64,000 nt of DNA from Haplodiscus bocki (Eukaryota), in the NCBI GenBank assembly GCA_965655095.1, contig OZ296650.1, positions 107,508,001-107,572,000 of the forward strand, given 5' to 3'. The translations under genes were made by a program, and so were the position numbers. How positions within the stretch are numbered: the stretch's first letter is position 1; each line of letters begins with the position of its first letter. The notes beneath the pieces are model-generated. The model had not been told where the DNA came from. It saw only the letters and a program-made list of their open reading frames with translations, and did not search any database. Shown piece by piece: positions 1-12,770 of the stretch.

Positions 1-309
1 AAAACGCGATTATACCAACTTTTTGACAAAAAGGCGGTTTTTTTAAAAAAAATGCAGGTCCCCATTTTCATTTTGAGCCTTACGGCCGGCGCCAATTCGA
101 CCGGTTTGTGACTTAATCTAAATTGGAATTGAAGGTGAACGTCTAAATCTGAGTTTCTTGAAAAGACTCCGTGGCAGAATGTCTTTTTCAGAATGTTTAT
201 GAAAACCACATCAGATGTTCTCGAATGAGGATGTGACAAAATTTGACGTGAATTGTGGTTTTGATGTTATTTACTCAACCGTTGCTGCTGCGATCAGTTT
301 GAAACCACG

Positions 310-1777
310 ATGGCAAATGTGAAAGAGTCTTGTAAAGTTACTCGAGAGGAATTCCTATCATATTTTGACCATGTAAGTAAGCTTTTTACTTTTTTTTTGA
401 TCGGCGCGTGTAAACAAGCGCCACTACAGCAGTGACTTTTAAGCCTGGACGAACTGGCAGGTTTGATTAACTGGCGTTGATTGACCGCGCTGACATGGAC
501 TGTTCCCGACTTTTTTTTACTCTGAGGCCAGGAAGTGATGGACCTATCTTGAGCTCCATTGTGACATATGAGCATCAAGGCTTTTTTCGGTGAAATCGCC
601 TATTTCTATTACTTTCTTTGAAAATTTTTAAAACATGCTTATGTGATTTTAGCGACCCTGTTACAGCCACTCAAATTGAAATTCCTTCCGAAAATTCTTA
701 GGTTTATTTATTTACAAGGCGTTAGTTTGAGAAGTGTTTAAACTGGTTTAATTTCAGGTTGTCGAGCTGTTAACTGGACCCACGGCGTATAATGAAGATG
801 AAAGATTGAAAGAAATTTTTGAAAGAGCTGCTAAATTGTTGAGATACAATGTTCCAAATGGCAAACTAAATCGTGGAATTGCAGTTGTTGAAACGTACAA
901 ATTGTTGGTATCGTGTAAGACGAGTTCTGGTGATAATCACAGTGGGAGGTTCCAGTTTCTGAAAGAAGCGTTCATGCTGGGATGGGCCCTCGAATTACTA
1001 CAAGCTTTCTTTTTAATCGCAGATGACATCATGGATAAGTCAGAAACTAGACGAGGCAAAGCTTGTTGGTATAAATTGGAAGATGTGGGACTGGATGCAA
1101 TTAACGACGCTTTTTTCCTTGAACAACTTGTTTTCCGGTTGCTCAAGTTTGAATGCTCTTCGCTGCCGTGCTATAGAGAGGTGGTTGAACTTCTTCAAGA
1201 CACTATATACAAAACTACAATAGGACAAACTATGGACCTAGTCACAGCTCCCGTTGGAAAACCGAATCTGGACAAGTTCTCTGAAGAACGCTATATGACA
1301 ATAATTACATACAAAACGTGCTATTATACTATATACTTGCCTATAGCCTTTGCGGCTGCTCTGAGTCAAACATCTGGCGAGCAACTGAAGGAAGATATTG
1401 AACGAGTTGCCATTCCGTTGGGACAGTTCTTCCAGATCCAGGATGACTTCTTGGATTTATACGGAGACCCAGCTATTACTGGAAAAATTGGCACCGACAT
1501 TGAAGACAATAAATGCTCGTGGCTAATTGTCCAGGCTTTAAAACTGTGTAACGCCGATGATAGGCAAGTTCTGTACGAGAATTATGGATTTTCAAATGCC
1601 GATAAAATTGCTAGAGTCAAGGAAGTGTTTGAGCGCCTGAAAATATCTACCGTCTATCGTGAATATGAAGATCAAAGTTACAATGAAATAAAATCAAAAA
1701 TAGCTTCTATCGGGAACCAGGGCTTGAAAACAGCTTTCACTATTCTGACTTCTAAATTATATAAAAGAGATAAATGA
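310..1777 (+). CDS. FDPS: Farnesyl pyrophosphate synthase; join(310..372,758..1777), about 360 aa
   Basis: Motifs GKLNRG, FARM AFFLIADDIMD (two aromatics upstream, C15 type), RRG, GQTMD, YKT, SARM FQIQDDFLD, GKIGTDIEDNKCSW and C-terminal KRDK. Exon 1 (MANVKESCKVTREEFLSYFDH) ends at GTAAGT 373; acceptor TTTCAG ends at 757 and is in frame with ORF 806..1777. Confidence 0.96.
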
Positions 1778-3257
1778 GTTTTTAATTCTTTTTTCTACAT
1801 TCCACCAGTCATTAGTAATTTAATCTGCCACGAAATGCTAGTTCATATTTATTTCCCTGGGATTGTGAAAATCCTTCAAAAGCTATTCAGAATAGTTTAC
1901 TTCCTAAAACTTGACGCTTGCAAAAATTTATCGGAAACGCTGCTATGAAATATGATTATCGCATGAAAATTAGTGAAACTAAAATGTTCAGACGAGCGTT
2001 TCTTGAAGTTTGATTTGCCTCTAACCAAGCTGCAATCTTATTATGAAGCCGAATGTGTAGATATCAAAACGAGGTAGTGTCCGTTTTTCCGTATCTGTCG
2101 AGGATTTCATATCGCATCGCTTTATCCACTGAAACGGACATTTTGTTTGTAAAGTACTAAGTGTTTGGACGAGTAGCCTGAAGAAGTCGAGGGAGGATTT
2201 TCTTCGCTCACGGAAAACTAAGTATATATTTGCAAAGTAAAGGTTTTCTGTTCTTGAGTATTCTGGTTTGTTCCCGAATTGCTTTTTCTCAAGGTTTTAC
2301 ATATGTTGAAATGAAATGTGACTTCATTTTAAGACGAGTAATAAGTTTTTTGTCCAAAACTCTCACCTTTTCACATCAGGAAGGCTATGGGTGCAATTTG
2401 AAAGCCCAAAAAAATTTTCGAGACATTTAGCTGTTACTTATTTTTTCAGCCAAATTTCAATATGATAGGATAAATGTCATCTGGCCTCGCGCATTTGTTT
2501 TCGTTTCGTTGACAATTGAGCGATTGCAAAAAATTGGACCCTTTTGACTTTGGTCCCCATTTTGACTTAGGATAATTTTACATCCCCAAATTATGGCAAA
2601 CTTGACATCTAATTCGAATAAAATAATAGCATCTCTTGAAAACGTACGACCATGGGTCTTTTTTCGAAAAAAAAAATAAAATGTTAAAAGTTCCTTGAAC
2701 GGTTTTTTGTTGACAGAAATTGACTTTTGAGAACAAGGAAATTTGAGATTTTTGGGATAAAATTTAAAAACTTATGTAGAAATCGTATAAATGGCTAATT
2801 TTTCTCAAAAAACGTTTTTCGTAAAAGTTGGAAGGCTAAAATTATCCCAGTGGAAGCCAGGTGCCTTGTTATTTTCGCGTTCTATAATGTGTGAATTTTT
2901 CAAAGGCTGTAAAAAGTTGAATCTAATTCTAAAATATTCTAATTTTGATTTTTGATATTTTAAAAATTGATTGGCAGCTGGTCTCGAAATTCTCAGTGTT
3001 AGTCACTTCTCATCGCGGCATCAAATGCCTTCCAGGATCTTTGAGTTTTGCATAACCTATTTGTAAACAAATGCATAGAACGTCGTATTTTTTGATCGCG
3101 TCGTTTTAGTCAAGGTGTGTTGCGAAGCTTCCACCTTGCCTCCGTGTTCAACTCCGCCTCCCAATTTTGCTCAAAATTCTACAAAAAAATCTAGGAAGTT
3201 GCATATTTCATCAAAAATTAGATTTTTTGAAGTCTAGAAACGATTGACCCTTGAAAG

Positions 3258-5603
3258 CAGTGTATTGTACACGATACACGATACACGAAAATAATACACG
3301 ATTTTTGCGGTTTTTACCAAATACACGTACATACACGGTAATTCTTGAATATACACGAAATACACGGTTGAGCTGCTGCTACACACAGGCAACAGGCAAT
3401 CTAAATTCGCACGCGTTCAACTTGCTTCCGCTGACGTGACATCATGTCGCGTTGAAATGTGATTGGCTAATACGTAGACGCGATAAACGAGGTGTGCTAG
3501 TGCGATGAGCTACCGCAGCGCAGTAGACGCATTTCATTTGTTCAATTCACGTCAAGAGTTTGTGCAATGCCCAATACCGTTAACGCCGATTATTCCAAAT
3601 TATATACCCTTCCCTCTACAAGGATAGCCGACTGCAGGGGCATTTGCAAAGTCTGTAGCTCTAGTATAAAGTACAATCCTGATTCCAAAGGGAATTTGCT
3701 CAAGCATTATCAGTCACTACATCAACAACAGCTAGATGAGCACCTTAAAAAGCAACGCAACGCCTTGCAAGAGAAACAAAGTATTGTTTGCTTCCTTCCA
3801 AGCAGTGCTGCTGTTACGAAGCCCGTATTTACGAGACAAAAGCCGATTGAGAAGTCTATTGCTCGCGATTTATGTGCCAGGGGAGCACAACCTCTAACCA
3901 TAGTTAACCAAGATTACTTTCGGGATTTTTGCGAAGTAGCTCAGCCAAACTTCAAGCCCATTTGTTATCGTACGAATTTGAAGAACGTTACGGAAGAAGC
4001 AACGCGAGTTGAGCAGTTTTTCAAGAACGAATTTGCTTTAACTGGTCGGCGCCCTAATGTTACCGTAGATGGGTGGACTGCACAGAACGGTAAGCCCTAT
4101 TTAGGGTGCACGTGTCACTATGTATGTTCGAAAAACCAACTCCAAAGGGGTTGCTTATTCCTAGCTGAACTGCCTCCGCCGCATACTGCTGAACAAATTA
4201 GACTGAAATTTGACGACGAAATTGACCGTTACGCAGTGAGGCCATTTTACACAATTACCGACAATGCTGCAAACATGCGTGCCGCGTTCAAGTTGAGACT
4301 TTTACCAGAAGATGAAAATGATGCTTCTGACGAGTTTAGCGAGTTTGACCCTGAAAGCATAAACTCAGAAACTGTTGATATATCCCTGGAATTTCCTAAT
4401 TGCTGGAATGGATGTGCTGCTCATCTTTTACAGCTGGTTGTTCGCGATGGTCTGACGGACGCTAAAGACTCTCCTGTGCTTTCAAGGGCACTATGCAAAA
4501 GCCACAAAATTTCAGTGTTGGCAAGCAGATCTACTCATTTTAAATACGCTCTCGAGATTTCAGTTCCTAAGGCTACAGACGTTCGCTGGAATTCTGATTT
4601 GACTCTTATACAGCACATTATAAACAATGCGGACAAAATCAACAGTGCACTGAGAGATTGCAATCAAGAAACTTACATTTTAAAAGGTACTGAGTTAGCA
4701 CTGCTGAGGGAGCTGGTTTCTCTGTTAGTTATGTTCAAGGAAGGTACGGATCTTCTCCAAGGCGAAAAGTTTCCTACACTTCCTAAGCTAATTACAACTG
4801 TTCAACAACTGGAAATTTTTCTGCTTCGGTTTACTACTGAAAATGCAGTTATCAACACCATTAAAGAGCATCTGCTTAATGGACTGAGAGATCGCTTTTT
4901 GTTTGTTAAATCGTCACCAGCAGTTATTACAGCTGCAGCTCTGGACCCGTCTGTTAAACTCGACTTTACTGAAGAAGAAATTGATGCTGTGCGTTACTTT
5001 TCATTTCTTCGTAGCTCCACGTACCATACTGTTATGGAGTTCCTCAAGGACCAGTTACCGGACCCCCAACGATCTGATAAATTCCCAGCTGAGCCATCTG
5101 CACCAAAGCAGCCCCGTTTATCTGATTTTTCACTGAAGCTGCAATCTACTGCTAATCGTACATGGAAAACGTTTATGGCGAGTTATTTAGAAACAAGTTC
5201 TCTTACAGCAGAAGATGCCATCGCTTACTGGTCTGGCACGGGACTCGAAAAAGAGTTCATTAACCGTGTTCTGGAAGTGTTGTCAATACCTGCGAGTACT
5301 GGAGCGGTTGAAAGACTCTTTTCTCAGTGCAGTTTGAGATGTTCGAACCGGCGCAATCGCATCAAACCAAAAAACTTGGAAAAATTGGTGCAAATTGCGG
5401 TATTCTATAAGAAATGAAATTAATTTTTTCGTTTATTTCAAATTTTGTTTAGTTGAATTTGAGTTTGGTACGATTTTGTAGAAAAAACAAAAATACACGA
5501 TACACGATTTCTACATGGTTTTTGGAGATACATACACGGTATTGAAAATGGAAGTACACGAAATACACGATACACGACTTTTACGGTACACGTCAATTCA
5601 CTG
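3258..5603 (+). mobile_element. Full-length hAT DNA transposon (2346 bp)
   Basis: Perfect 8-bp TSD CTTGAAAG at 3250-3257 and 5604-5611; TIR CAGTG(T/A)ATTG; clusters of (A)TACACG subterminal repeats at both ends; one uninterrupted transposase ORF. Confidence 0.95.
3567..5417 (+). CDS. hAT transposase with BED zinc finger (616 aa, intact)
   Basis: BED finger CKVC...LLKHYQSLH; catalytic motifs VDGWT, TDNAANM, CAAH (CxxH), RWNS and PASTGAVERLFS (C-terminal hAT dimerisation region). Confidence 0.95.
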   Translation: MPNTVNADYSKLYTLPSTRIADCRGICKVCSSSIKYNPDSKGNLLKHYQSLHQQQLDEHLKKQRNALQEKQSIVCFLPSSAAVTKPVFTRQKPIEKSIARDLCARGAQPLTIVNQDYFRDFCEVAQPNFKPICYRTNLKNVTEEATRVEQFFKNEFALTGRRPNVTVDGWTAQNGKPYLGCTCHYVCSKNQLQRGCLFLAELPPPHTAEQIRLKFDDEIDRYAVRPFYTITDNAANMRAAFKLRLLPEDENDASDEFSEFDPESINSETVDISLEFPNCWNGCAAHLLQLVVRDGLTDAKDSPVLSRALCKSHKISVLASRSTHFKYALEISVPKATDVRWNSDLTLIQHIINNADKINSALRDCNQETYILKGTELALLRELVSLLVMFKEGTDLLQGEKFPTLPKLITTVQQLEIFLLRFTTENAVINTIKEHLLNGLRDRFLFVKSSPAVITAAALDPSVKLDFTEEEIDAVRYFSFLRSSTYHTVMEFLKDQLPDPQRSDKFPAEPSAPKQPRLSDFSLKLQSTANRTWKTFMASYLETSSLTAEDAIAYWSGTGLEKEFINRVLEVLSIPASTGAVERLFSQCSLRCSNRRNRIKPKNLEKLVQIAVFYKK

Positions 5604-6174
5604 CTTGAAAGACCCGTTTCTGTGAAATACTACCTTCTATTATGCGTTCTGCGGGAAATCCGATTTCATTTCATGTTGAAACAATTTCATTTTCTCGGAA
5701 GATCGAAAAAACAAGTTTTGGTCGCACAGTGTTTTTCGAAAAGGAACAATTCGACTTTCCGTGACCGATTTTTAAAATTTTACTGGTGAAAACTTTTGAG
5801 ATAATGCAATTTTGTAAATTAAATTTGGTAAAATTACCAAATCTAGCGAAAGAAAACAAGCGAAGAGAAGATGATCTTCATTCTTTTCATACCACGTTGA
5901 ATATAAAGAACTATTTTTAGGAAGCAATTTTTCGGTAACAGGCAGGCATTGCAAATATTAACCATGTCGCTAATAACACATGATTACTCGTTTGCAGAAG
6001 GAAACGATAGTTTTTAATTTGAAAGCGGCACTATTTCATTTCATGCCTTGACTTTTTTCAAACCATCTCTTAACATTTGTGACGTCAAAAGTAAAATGTA
6101 GGGAGTTAAAAATTGAAGCTACTTTACCCTTATTTATCGCCGCTATGCAAATACTACGCTACAGTGTACATGTA

Positions 6175-6991
6175 CAGTAGTGACAGAAAAGAATGGAACC
6201 CTTATTTGTGAATTAATATAATGGATAATGTTACGCTACATATACTTGCGTATTACTTAAAAACAACTGAAAATCACAAACTATGATCGAAACAAAGGTT
6301 CGTAGAATTTTATCTAGTTTACAATGGTGTTTGAAACTTCTAGGATCATTGTTATAGAAGTTAGGAGATTTTGCATCTCTATGTAATAAGATAGGAGGTT
6401 GCTTTTGCATCACAACTTCGGATGTTTCAAGTACCTTCTACTCCGTTTTTGTTTATATTTCATATACTGTCAAGATGCCCCTCAACTACTGATTACACTC
6501 AGAAATTGGCAGCTCCCCTGTGCTTACACCAGCAAAATAGATAGACATTCTTTGAGAAAAAATAGTCATTCCCAATGTTAATACGGGAAGGGTGTCTTTA
6601 AAGGGTGTCATTTAAGAGTATCTATGTATTTTGATAGTGTAAACACGAGAGCTGCCAACTTCTGAGTGTAATCAGTAGATGAAGGGCATCTTGACAGTAT
6701 ATGAAATGTAAACAAAAACGGAGTACAAGTTTGCAATACAAGGTACACAACATCAAAAGTGTGATGCAAAATCAACCTCCTATCTTAAAACATAGAGGCG
6801 CAAAATCTCCTAACTTCTATAATAGTGATCCTATGAGTTTTCAACACCATTAAAAACTAGATAAAATTCTAAGAAACTTTTGTTTCGACCACAATCAGTG
6901 ATTTTCAGATGTTTTTGAGTATTACGCAAGTATATGTGGCGTTCCAATATTCATTCATTAATAAAGGTTTCATTCTTTTCTGACATTACTG
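6175..6991. mobile_element. Fold-back MITE with ~390-bp inverted arms, TA-flanked (Tc1/mariner-type ends)
   Basis: Left end TA|CAGTAGTGACAGAAAAGAATG; right end CATTCTTTTCTGACATTACTG|TA. The arms remain reverse-complementary to about 6555/6610. A further partial arm lies at about 7492-7658. Confidence 0.8.
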
Positions 6992-6997
6992 TACTGC

Positions 6998-7484
6998 TTC
7001 TCAAGCTGAATGCGACGGCGGCGCCAAAGCCCCAGGTTCGAGTCCAGGACACTCCCTCCTCTTTTTAGTGAAAATGTAGGAACTTATGCGAGTTGTGAAC
7101 GTATCAGAAAAAAGAATTCGAAGGGTGTGATGAAAATCATAACAGGAATATGCGTAAATTTCTCAGGATTTCATTGAAATCACCAAACGTCACGAAGTAG
7201 CGTTGAAACAGCAACTTTGCATGGACTTGAATTGAATTACACTCTTCGAGGCTTCCAATGAATTACTCACGCCTCGAAAATGCAATTTTCCACCATTCTA
7301 CCGATGTTTTCATTTGCAATTATTGAAAACGCGCGCATTGTTTCAAAAATAAGCGAAAAACTTTTTTATGTCCGTGGTTGTGGTATGTTGATCTAATCGA
7401 ACTCTACAAAATTTTGTTGAGAGTGTAATTGGGCAATAAATCATCCAGATCGGAAAGTCTTCTGCACTCTGGACATCTAAGTTC
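6998..7484 (-). pseudogene. Inverted duplicate of 22364-22862 (3' half of the SH3RF-like RING exon plus the start of its intron)
   Basis: Minus strand reads ELRCPECRRLSD--LDDLLPNYTLNKIL, matching the RING exon with a 2-codon deletion. Similarity continues through ~370 bp of intron. Confidence 0.9.
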
Positions 7485-7897
7485 AGCGTTCCTAGAAGTT
7501 TCAAACAAACACCATTTGAAAACTAGACAAAATTCTAGTAAACTTTTGTTTCGACTACAATTTGTGATTTTTGGATGATTTTGAGTATTACGCAAGTATA
7601 TGTTGCGTTCCATTATTTCACAAAGAAAAGAATCCTTTCTTTTCCGACACTATTGTATAGAGTTGACATGAATCGCAGGTAGCAAGTATTGAAGTTGACA
7701 ACTAACTCAATACTAATTAATACTTTAGTTTTTATATTGCAAACATGCGAAAAATAATATTTTGCGCTTTTTTTGAATGTCTACCTCTTGTCTTCAAAAT
7801 CGCTTTTACTTCTACTACTAATCCATACTAAAACGATACAGAAGTAATTTTCTAAATTTTCCCGATTTTTAAAATTTGTGCAGAAATGTATCTCCCC

Positions 7898-8286
7898 AGA
7901 CTTGCGAAAGCAAGTGTTATAACACAGCCTTAAAAAGTTTTTTGCCGATCCGTTCTTCACTGACACAAGTTCCCAGGTTTGAGAATAAAGAAAAAGGAGT
8001 GGCCTAGGCTAGAACCTGGGACCATTCGCGCCACGGTCGCATGCTCTACTTGACTGCCGTTGTCGCTCGAGAATCGGTGTGTCTATTTAAAATATGAAGA
8101 AAATGAAATATTATAGCGTTTCTCACTTATATATAAATGTTCAAGAATTCACTGAGTTTCTGTACACTTGTTATCAGTAGTGTTAGCAGTAATGTGGCCC
8201 GTTCTCAAATCAGTTATATTTAGTCGATTTCTTTAACAGTATTCTGTTGGCGCAAGTGTTGCGAAGCACAGCTTTGCCTCTGAGTT
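7898..8286 (+). mobile_element. Non-autonomous Helentron/DINE-like (HINE) repeat, copy a
   Basis: 5' palindrome ACTTGCGAAAGCAAGTGT; 3' inverted subTIR CGCAAGTGT followed by hairpin GCGAAG-CACAG-CTTTGC; internal antisense tRNA-like segment. Confidence 0.65.
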
Positions 8287-11200
8287 TAAATCAATCAGGC
8301 AAAACTAGCGTTTTTTTTCAGTTTTTCGGGGATTTTTTATTTCTGCCTCCCAGTCAACTTTATAGCGTTCGATACTGGATGAATATGAATTACAGTTTTC
8401 AGTGAGTTCATCAAAAGTTTGAAAGTCTGCAAAATAAACCCTCTAGTTGTAAAACCTAGAAAAACGCCAATTATGCAATTTATCAGGGATTTTAGTTCCC
8501 TTACTCTTTGTATCGGCTTTTCAGCTAGTACTCCGTACTGGATCGATATGAAGTAATAATGAATAGTATTTTTTTGACTTATGAAATTTTTGCAAAAAAT
8601 TCGGAATCGGCAGATAGGTTTTCTCCCATTTTTTTGGGAGATTTTCGCCCCTCTGTGCCCTCCAGAGTACCGTTCCAGATACAAATTTGTAGTAAACAGA
8701 TAAATTGACAATTTTTCCAACCATATGCAAAATCAAATCCTTTCGAGAACAAGAGGCGCAGTCGCACTGCGATATTTTCCGTCAAAGGGGTGCAGAATTG
8801 ATTGATGGAACATACAACAAATGTTTTTCGATTGAGACCTTGTCGGAAGAATTCAAGCCAGTAGCTTCTGGCTCGGTTTTCTTTTATTTGTTTTTTTTTC
8901 CATTATATCTATTTTATGATAAATTTATACTACACTTGCGCTAGCAGTGTTTTATCGCGGAAGAGCTTTAGCGAATTTTGAGTCTCAATATCGAAAAAAT
9001 CACAGTTGCACTTTTCCGCCCTTAATTGAAGCTTGTTGAAAAATCAAGAAATTTCAATTTTGCAGACATTCCTACAGATAAGGAACTGTCAAATATTATC
9101 TTGATGGAGGGAGTGAAGACAGTACCTATGGAGAATTTAGAATTTCATCATAGGTATAGGTCAAAATTATTATCATTTTTTGGGCATTTTTGGACTACCA
9201 GGAGTCCGACTCGAAGATGAAGATGCATCATTTTTCTGTTGAATAGTCATCCTCGAGTAGAGAGGTGTTGCTTGAGCTCTTGATGGAAGATGTCGAGCTC
9301 AAAGTTTTGGAGAAATTGGAATGAAAGATGTAATTGTTGACAATGTTTTTGGCATTTTCGGCTGGTCAGGAATCGGAAGCAAAGAAATGAATACACACTA
9401 ACGGCTCAGTTCTAGGCTCGCGGCAAAGGCTTCCCGAGAAACAAAGAAGTCGTACCATCACCTTCTAACTGTAACGTCGTTGCTTCACGGATTTTAAATA
9501 AACGTAAGCTCTCACAAAGTTACAAAATCACTCGGTTTCAGTTTTTTCCAGAAAAAATTTGTCAAAAAAACTCTGAGTGCGAATAAAAGATAGTGCATGT
9601 TACATTGGAGTGTGTTTCTTTTTGCAGTGCCAAACTCGCCACAATTTCAGTCCTTGCTTCCAGGATATATCACTGAAGATTCACAAAAAGTTGAAATGGC
9701 CGATAAATCCTGTTTTTCGTTTCGTTAAAATTATTTTGAAAAACTTTGTGAGCGCGACCCAAAAATACAGGGTAAAAAAATTGAGCCTCTTTGTGACAAT
9801 AGTTGATGTTTTTGATAGTTTTCAGATATAACTGCCCCAATGATATTAAATCTGACAAAATTTCAAAATATCAATAGAGCTCGATTATCGCGTTCTGTCG
9901 TCGAGAGACCTCGCAAAAATTTTGTGAACTCAGTCGCTAGCTGAAAAATAGAATACGCGAGTCTCCTCGTTATTCCAATAGGTTATGGACCATTTTTAGG
10001 CTACTTTCTTCAACATGGGACCAAAATTGAAGAACAATTCAAAATAACGCAATTAGGTAGATTTTCAAGTTTCTCTCGCCATAAAACGTGCGGAAAAATT
10101 CTGTATTCTGTGAACCCAGCCCAACTAAAAAAGAACCCACTAAGGTCTTCCATGGAGTCGGTTTAAAAAATAAATTTTTTCCATGATTTTTGTCATTATG
10201 TAAGACTTCAAAAGCACAAAAAGAATTCAAAAAGTTCGCTTTTCAAAGTTTTTTTGGCAGAAAAAAAACCTATCGAGAAACAGTGATATCATTACGAATA
10301 GCTACTATCTCATAAATGGGTTTTTTAGGGTAAGGCTATACAAATTTTGAGGAAATTGAAGGTTTAGGTGCCCAGATGAAAGATTTCAAAATGACAATTG
10401 TTTTCGGGACACCAACAGAGGCTCGATTTTCAAGACTCTTCCGAATAAAAATCCAACGACAAGAATTCTTTCAGCAACCAAAATGTGTTAGGTTAATAAT
10501 TCTTGGTTTTTGCCTACACGTTGATGGTTTACTGGTGGTTTGAGGGTTTTTCTTGTCCTCACTTCCAGTGCAAAAAACTAATTTTTGATGTGGTTTATTG
10601 GAAAAATCTGATTCCAAGATCTGTTCGCAAGAGAAGTCATTGAAAAACGTCGTCACCGCAGCTGAAAATAAATGTGTGATAGAATTGAGGTTTCCCGTTA
10701 TAGTTGTTCAAAATCAAAGTAACTTGAAGGGCTATGTGTCAAAATGAAACATTTCAGACTCACCGAAGTCTTCAAAAGCTCGATTTTCCAGTTTCTTTCT
10801 CAGAGAAAGAGATAAAAAATAACCGGACAGCAAACGAAGCTTAGTATGTGATAAAGTAGTGTGATCGCAAAGTTTGACCAAAATTGAGAGCACTTGGAGC
10901 CCTACGTGTGGAAATGAACCAATTATAATCTGAAGTATTGTCAAAGTAGTTGAAATTCGCTAAGTGTTCAAAGCTGTTTCGCTAAAACAAATAATAAAAT
11001 GTCGCACCCCAACGGAAATTTAGTATTAGGCAGAACAAAGGCTCTTCGTTAAGTCTATGCAAAATTTGGGCGATTTAGAGCCTCCCCTGAGGTAAGAATT
11101 GACTTATAATTTGACAAAGGTCGTATCCAAGTTGAGAAAATTAGCTCTATTTTCAATTTTTTTTGCAGAAAAAGCGTCTGCAAATGTGGAACCACAACCA

Positions 11201-12770
11201 AAATTTAGTGTGTGATGGATCAGAGTATCCTCGTCAGGCCTGTTCAAATATTCAAGCAGTTTGGAGCCCTACATGGGGAAATAAATGTCCTTTGTGACAA
11301 CTTTTGTCAAATTGGCTAAAGTTACCTCGGTTTTCAAGTTTCTATCACGAAGAAAACTACCAAGGAATTAACGGCTCGCACGCAAATATCAAAACTTTGC
11401 GAAAAAATTTTCGGCACGGTTGTGAAAACTGCCTTCTATGTGTCCAGAGGAGCATTTTGAGAAAAATGATTTTTTCGAAAAAAAAGTTAATTTTTTTCGG
11501 ACTTTGAGCAACATTTTTCCGACAGGGATATCAAAACTGAATTCTTCATGTCCAGAGGTTCATTTTAGGTTTCAAAAAAAAACGTGATCATGTTCACTCC
11601 GATTTGGCGAAGTATGGAGAAAAAGTCTCCATACTGAGAGTAGGATTTCCCTTTCGTAAAATAGTGCGACGGAAACTAATGAGAGAATCTTCGCCGGAGT
11701 TGTCCAAAAACTCCTGTAATTGATATCCTGGGTCAAAAGCATGGTATATTTGAAAAATTTTTGAAAAGAGAAATTTCATTTCGATTGGAAACGTATTGTT
11801 ATTGACTAACCTATCTGTTCATTTTTGGATTTATTTGAAACGTCAACGAAATCATGAGTTTTTGAAATCTTTTGCCTCGATGCTCGAACCGCGCCATGCT
11901 GGTTTTTCACAAACCAGTCCATCTGTTATAGAACCACTAGTGTACTCCACAAATCCATCAGCAGATTGATGGTTAGATTACTTTCATACATGTTTATCAA
12001 ATGGTGCCATGACCGCCATTATCTCGTCTAAAGATTCTACGGGAAAGTAATATTTTAGTAAACTAAAGTTTCCTCAGGTTCATATCGAAGTGTCTCCAAC
12101 TGCTGACATCGCAAGTTCATTAGAATTTTTTCCATTAGAGCTGACGAGGCTGATCTCATTTTTCAAAATTTTTGTTACTAAAGCTGGTTATCAATTGACT
12201 AATGATGGAAACAAAAAAAATTCCTACAATTAGAACAAGGTTAGTTTTTGTCTGGAGTTTTTTCAAGTATTTTAGAATTAGGGCGGTGCTGACTCTGGCC
12301 ATTCCTGACTTTTGTATATGTCCAATTTAGTCGTCAGTTTCATGCTAGAAGACTGAGCGACTATAATATAACTGAGGCAAATGAGAAATTTAGTGCAAAC
12401 GAATACCCAAAAGACCATCAACCACTGACCAGTGGAGGAAAACGTCGGTTATCGGCACTGTGCGAAAAAATTGCGACACCTCCGTATGTGTGCATGCTCA
12501 ATTTCCGGCTAAAACCAACGAATTCAAAGCGTCAAAAGTTTTTCAGGACATCAGAAAGTGATCCCCGCTCAAGTCTGGATCTCATCAAAATTTCGGCTAT
12601 CGAATTGAAAGTCGATCGAGTTTGAAAAATCTTTAATTACGTTAATTGCACAGCTTAAAGGAAGGTTTGCGAAAAGAGTTTTGTGAAGTGAACTTCTCTC
12701 TGGGTATCAAGTGTTACTAGTTTAATGATTGTATTGAAATTTTCAGATCTTGTGGCTACCTCGGTAACCG

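Noticed and set aside
9030-12240. Possible minus-strand gene divergent from PFDN2 (coding-like blocks near 9190-9480, 10330-10665 and 11810-12190 with splice-like edges)
   Set aside because: The frames I checked contain stops and I recognised no domain; it may be a pseudogene or lncRNA but cannot be supported.
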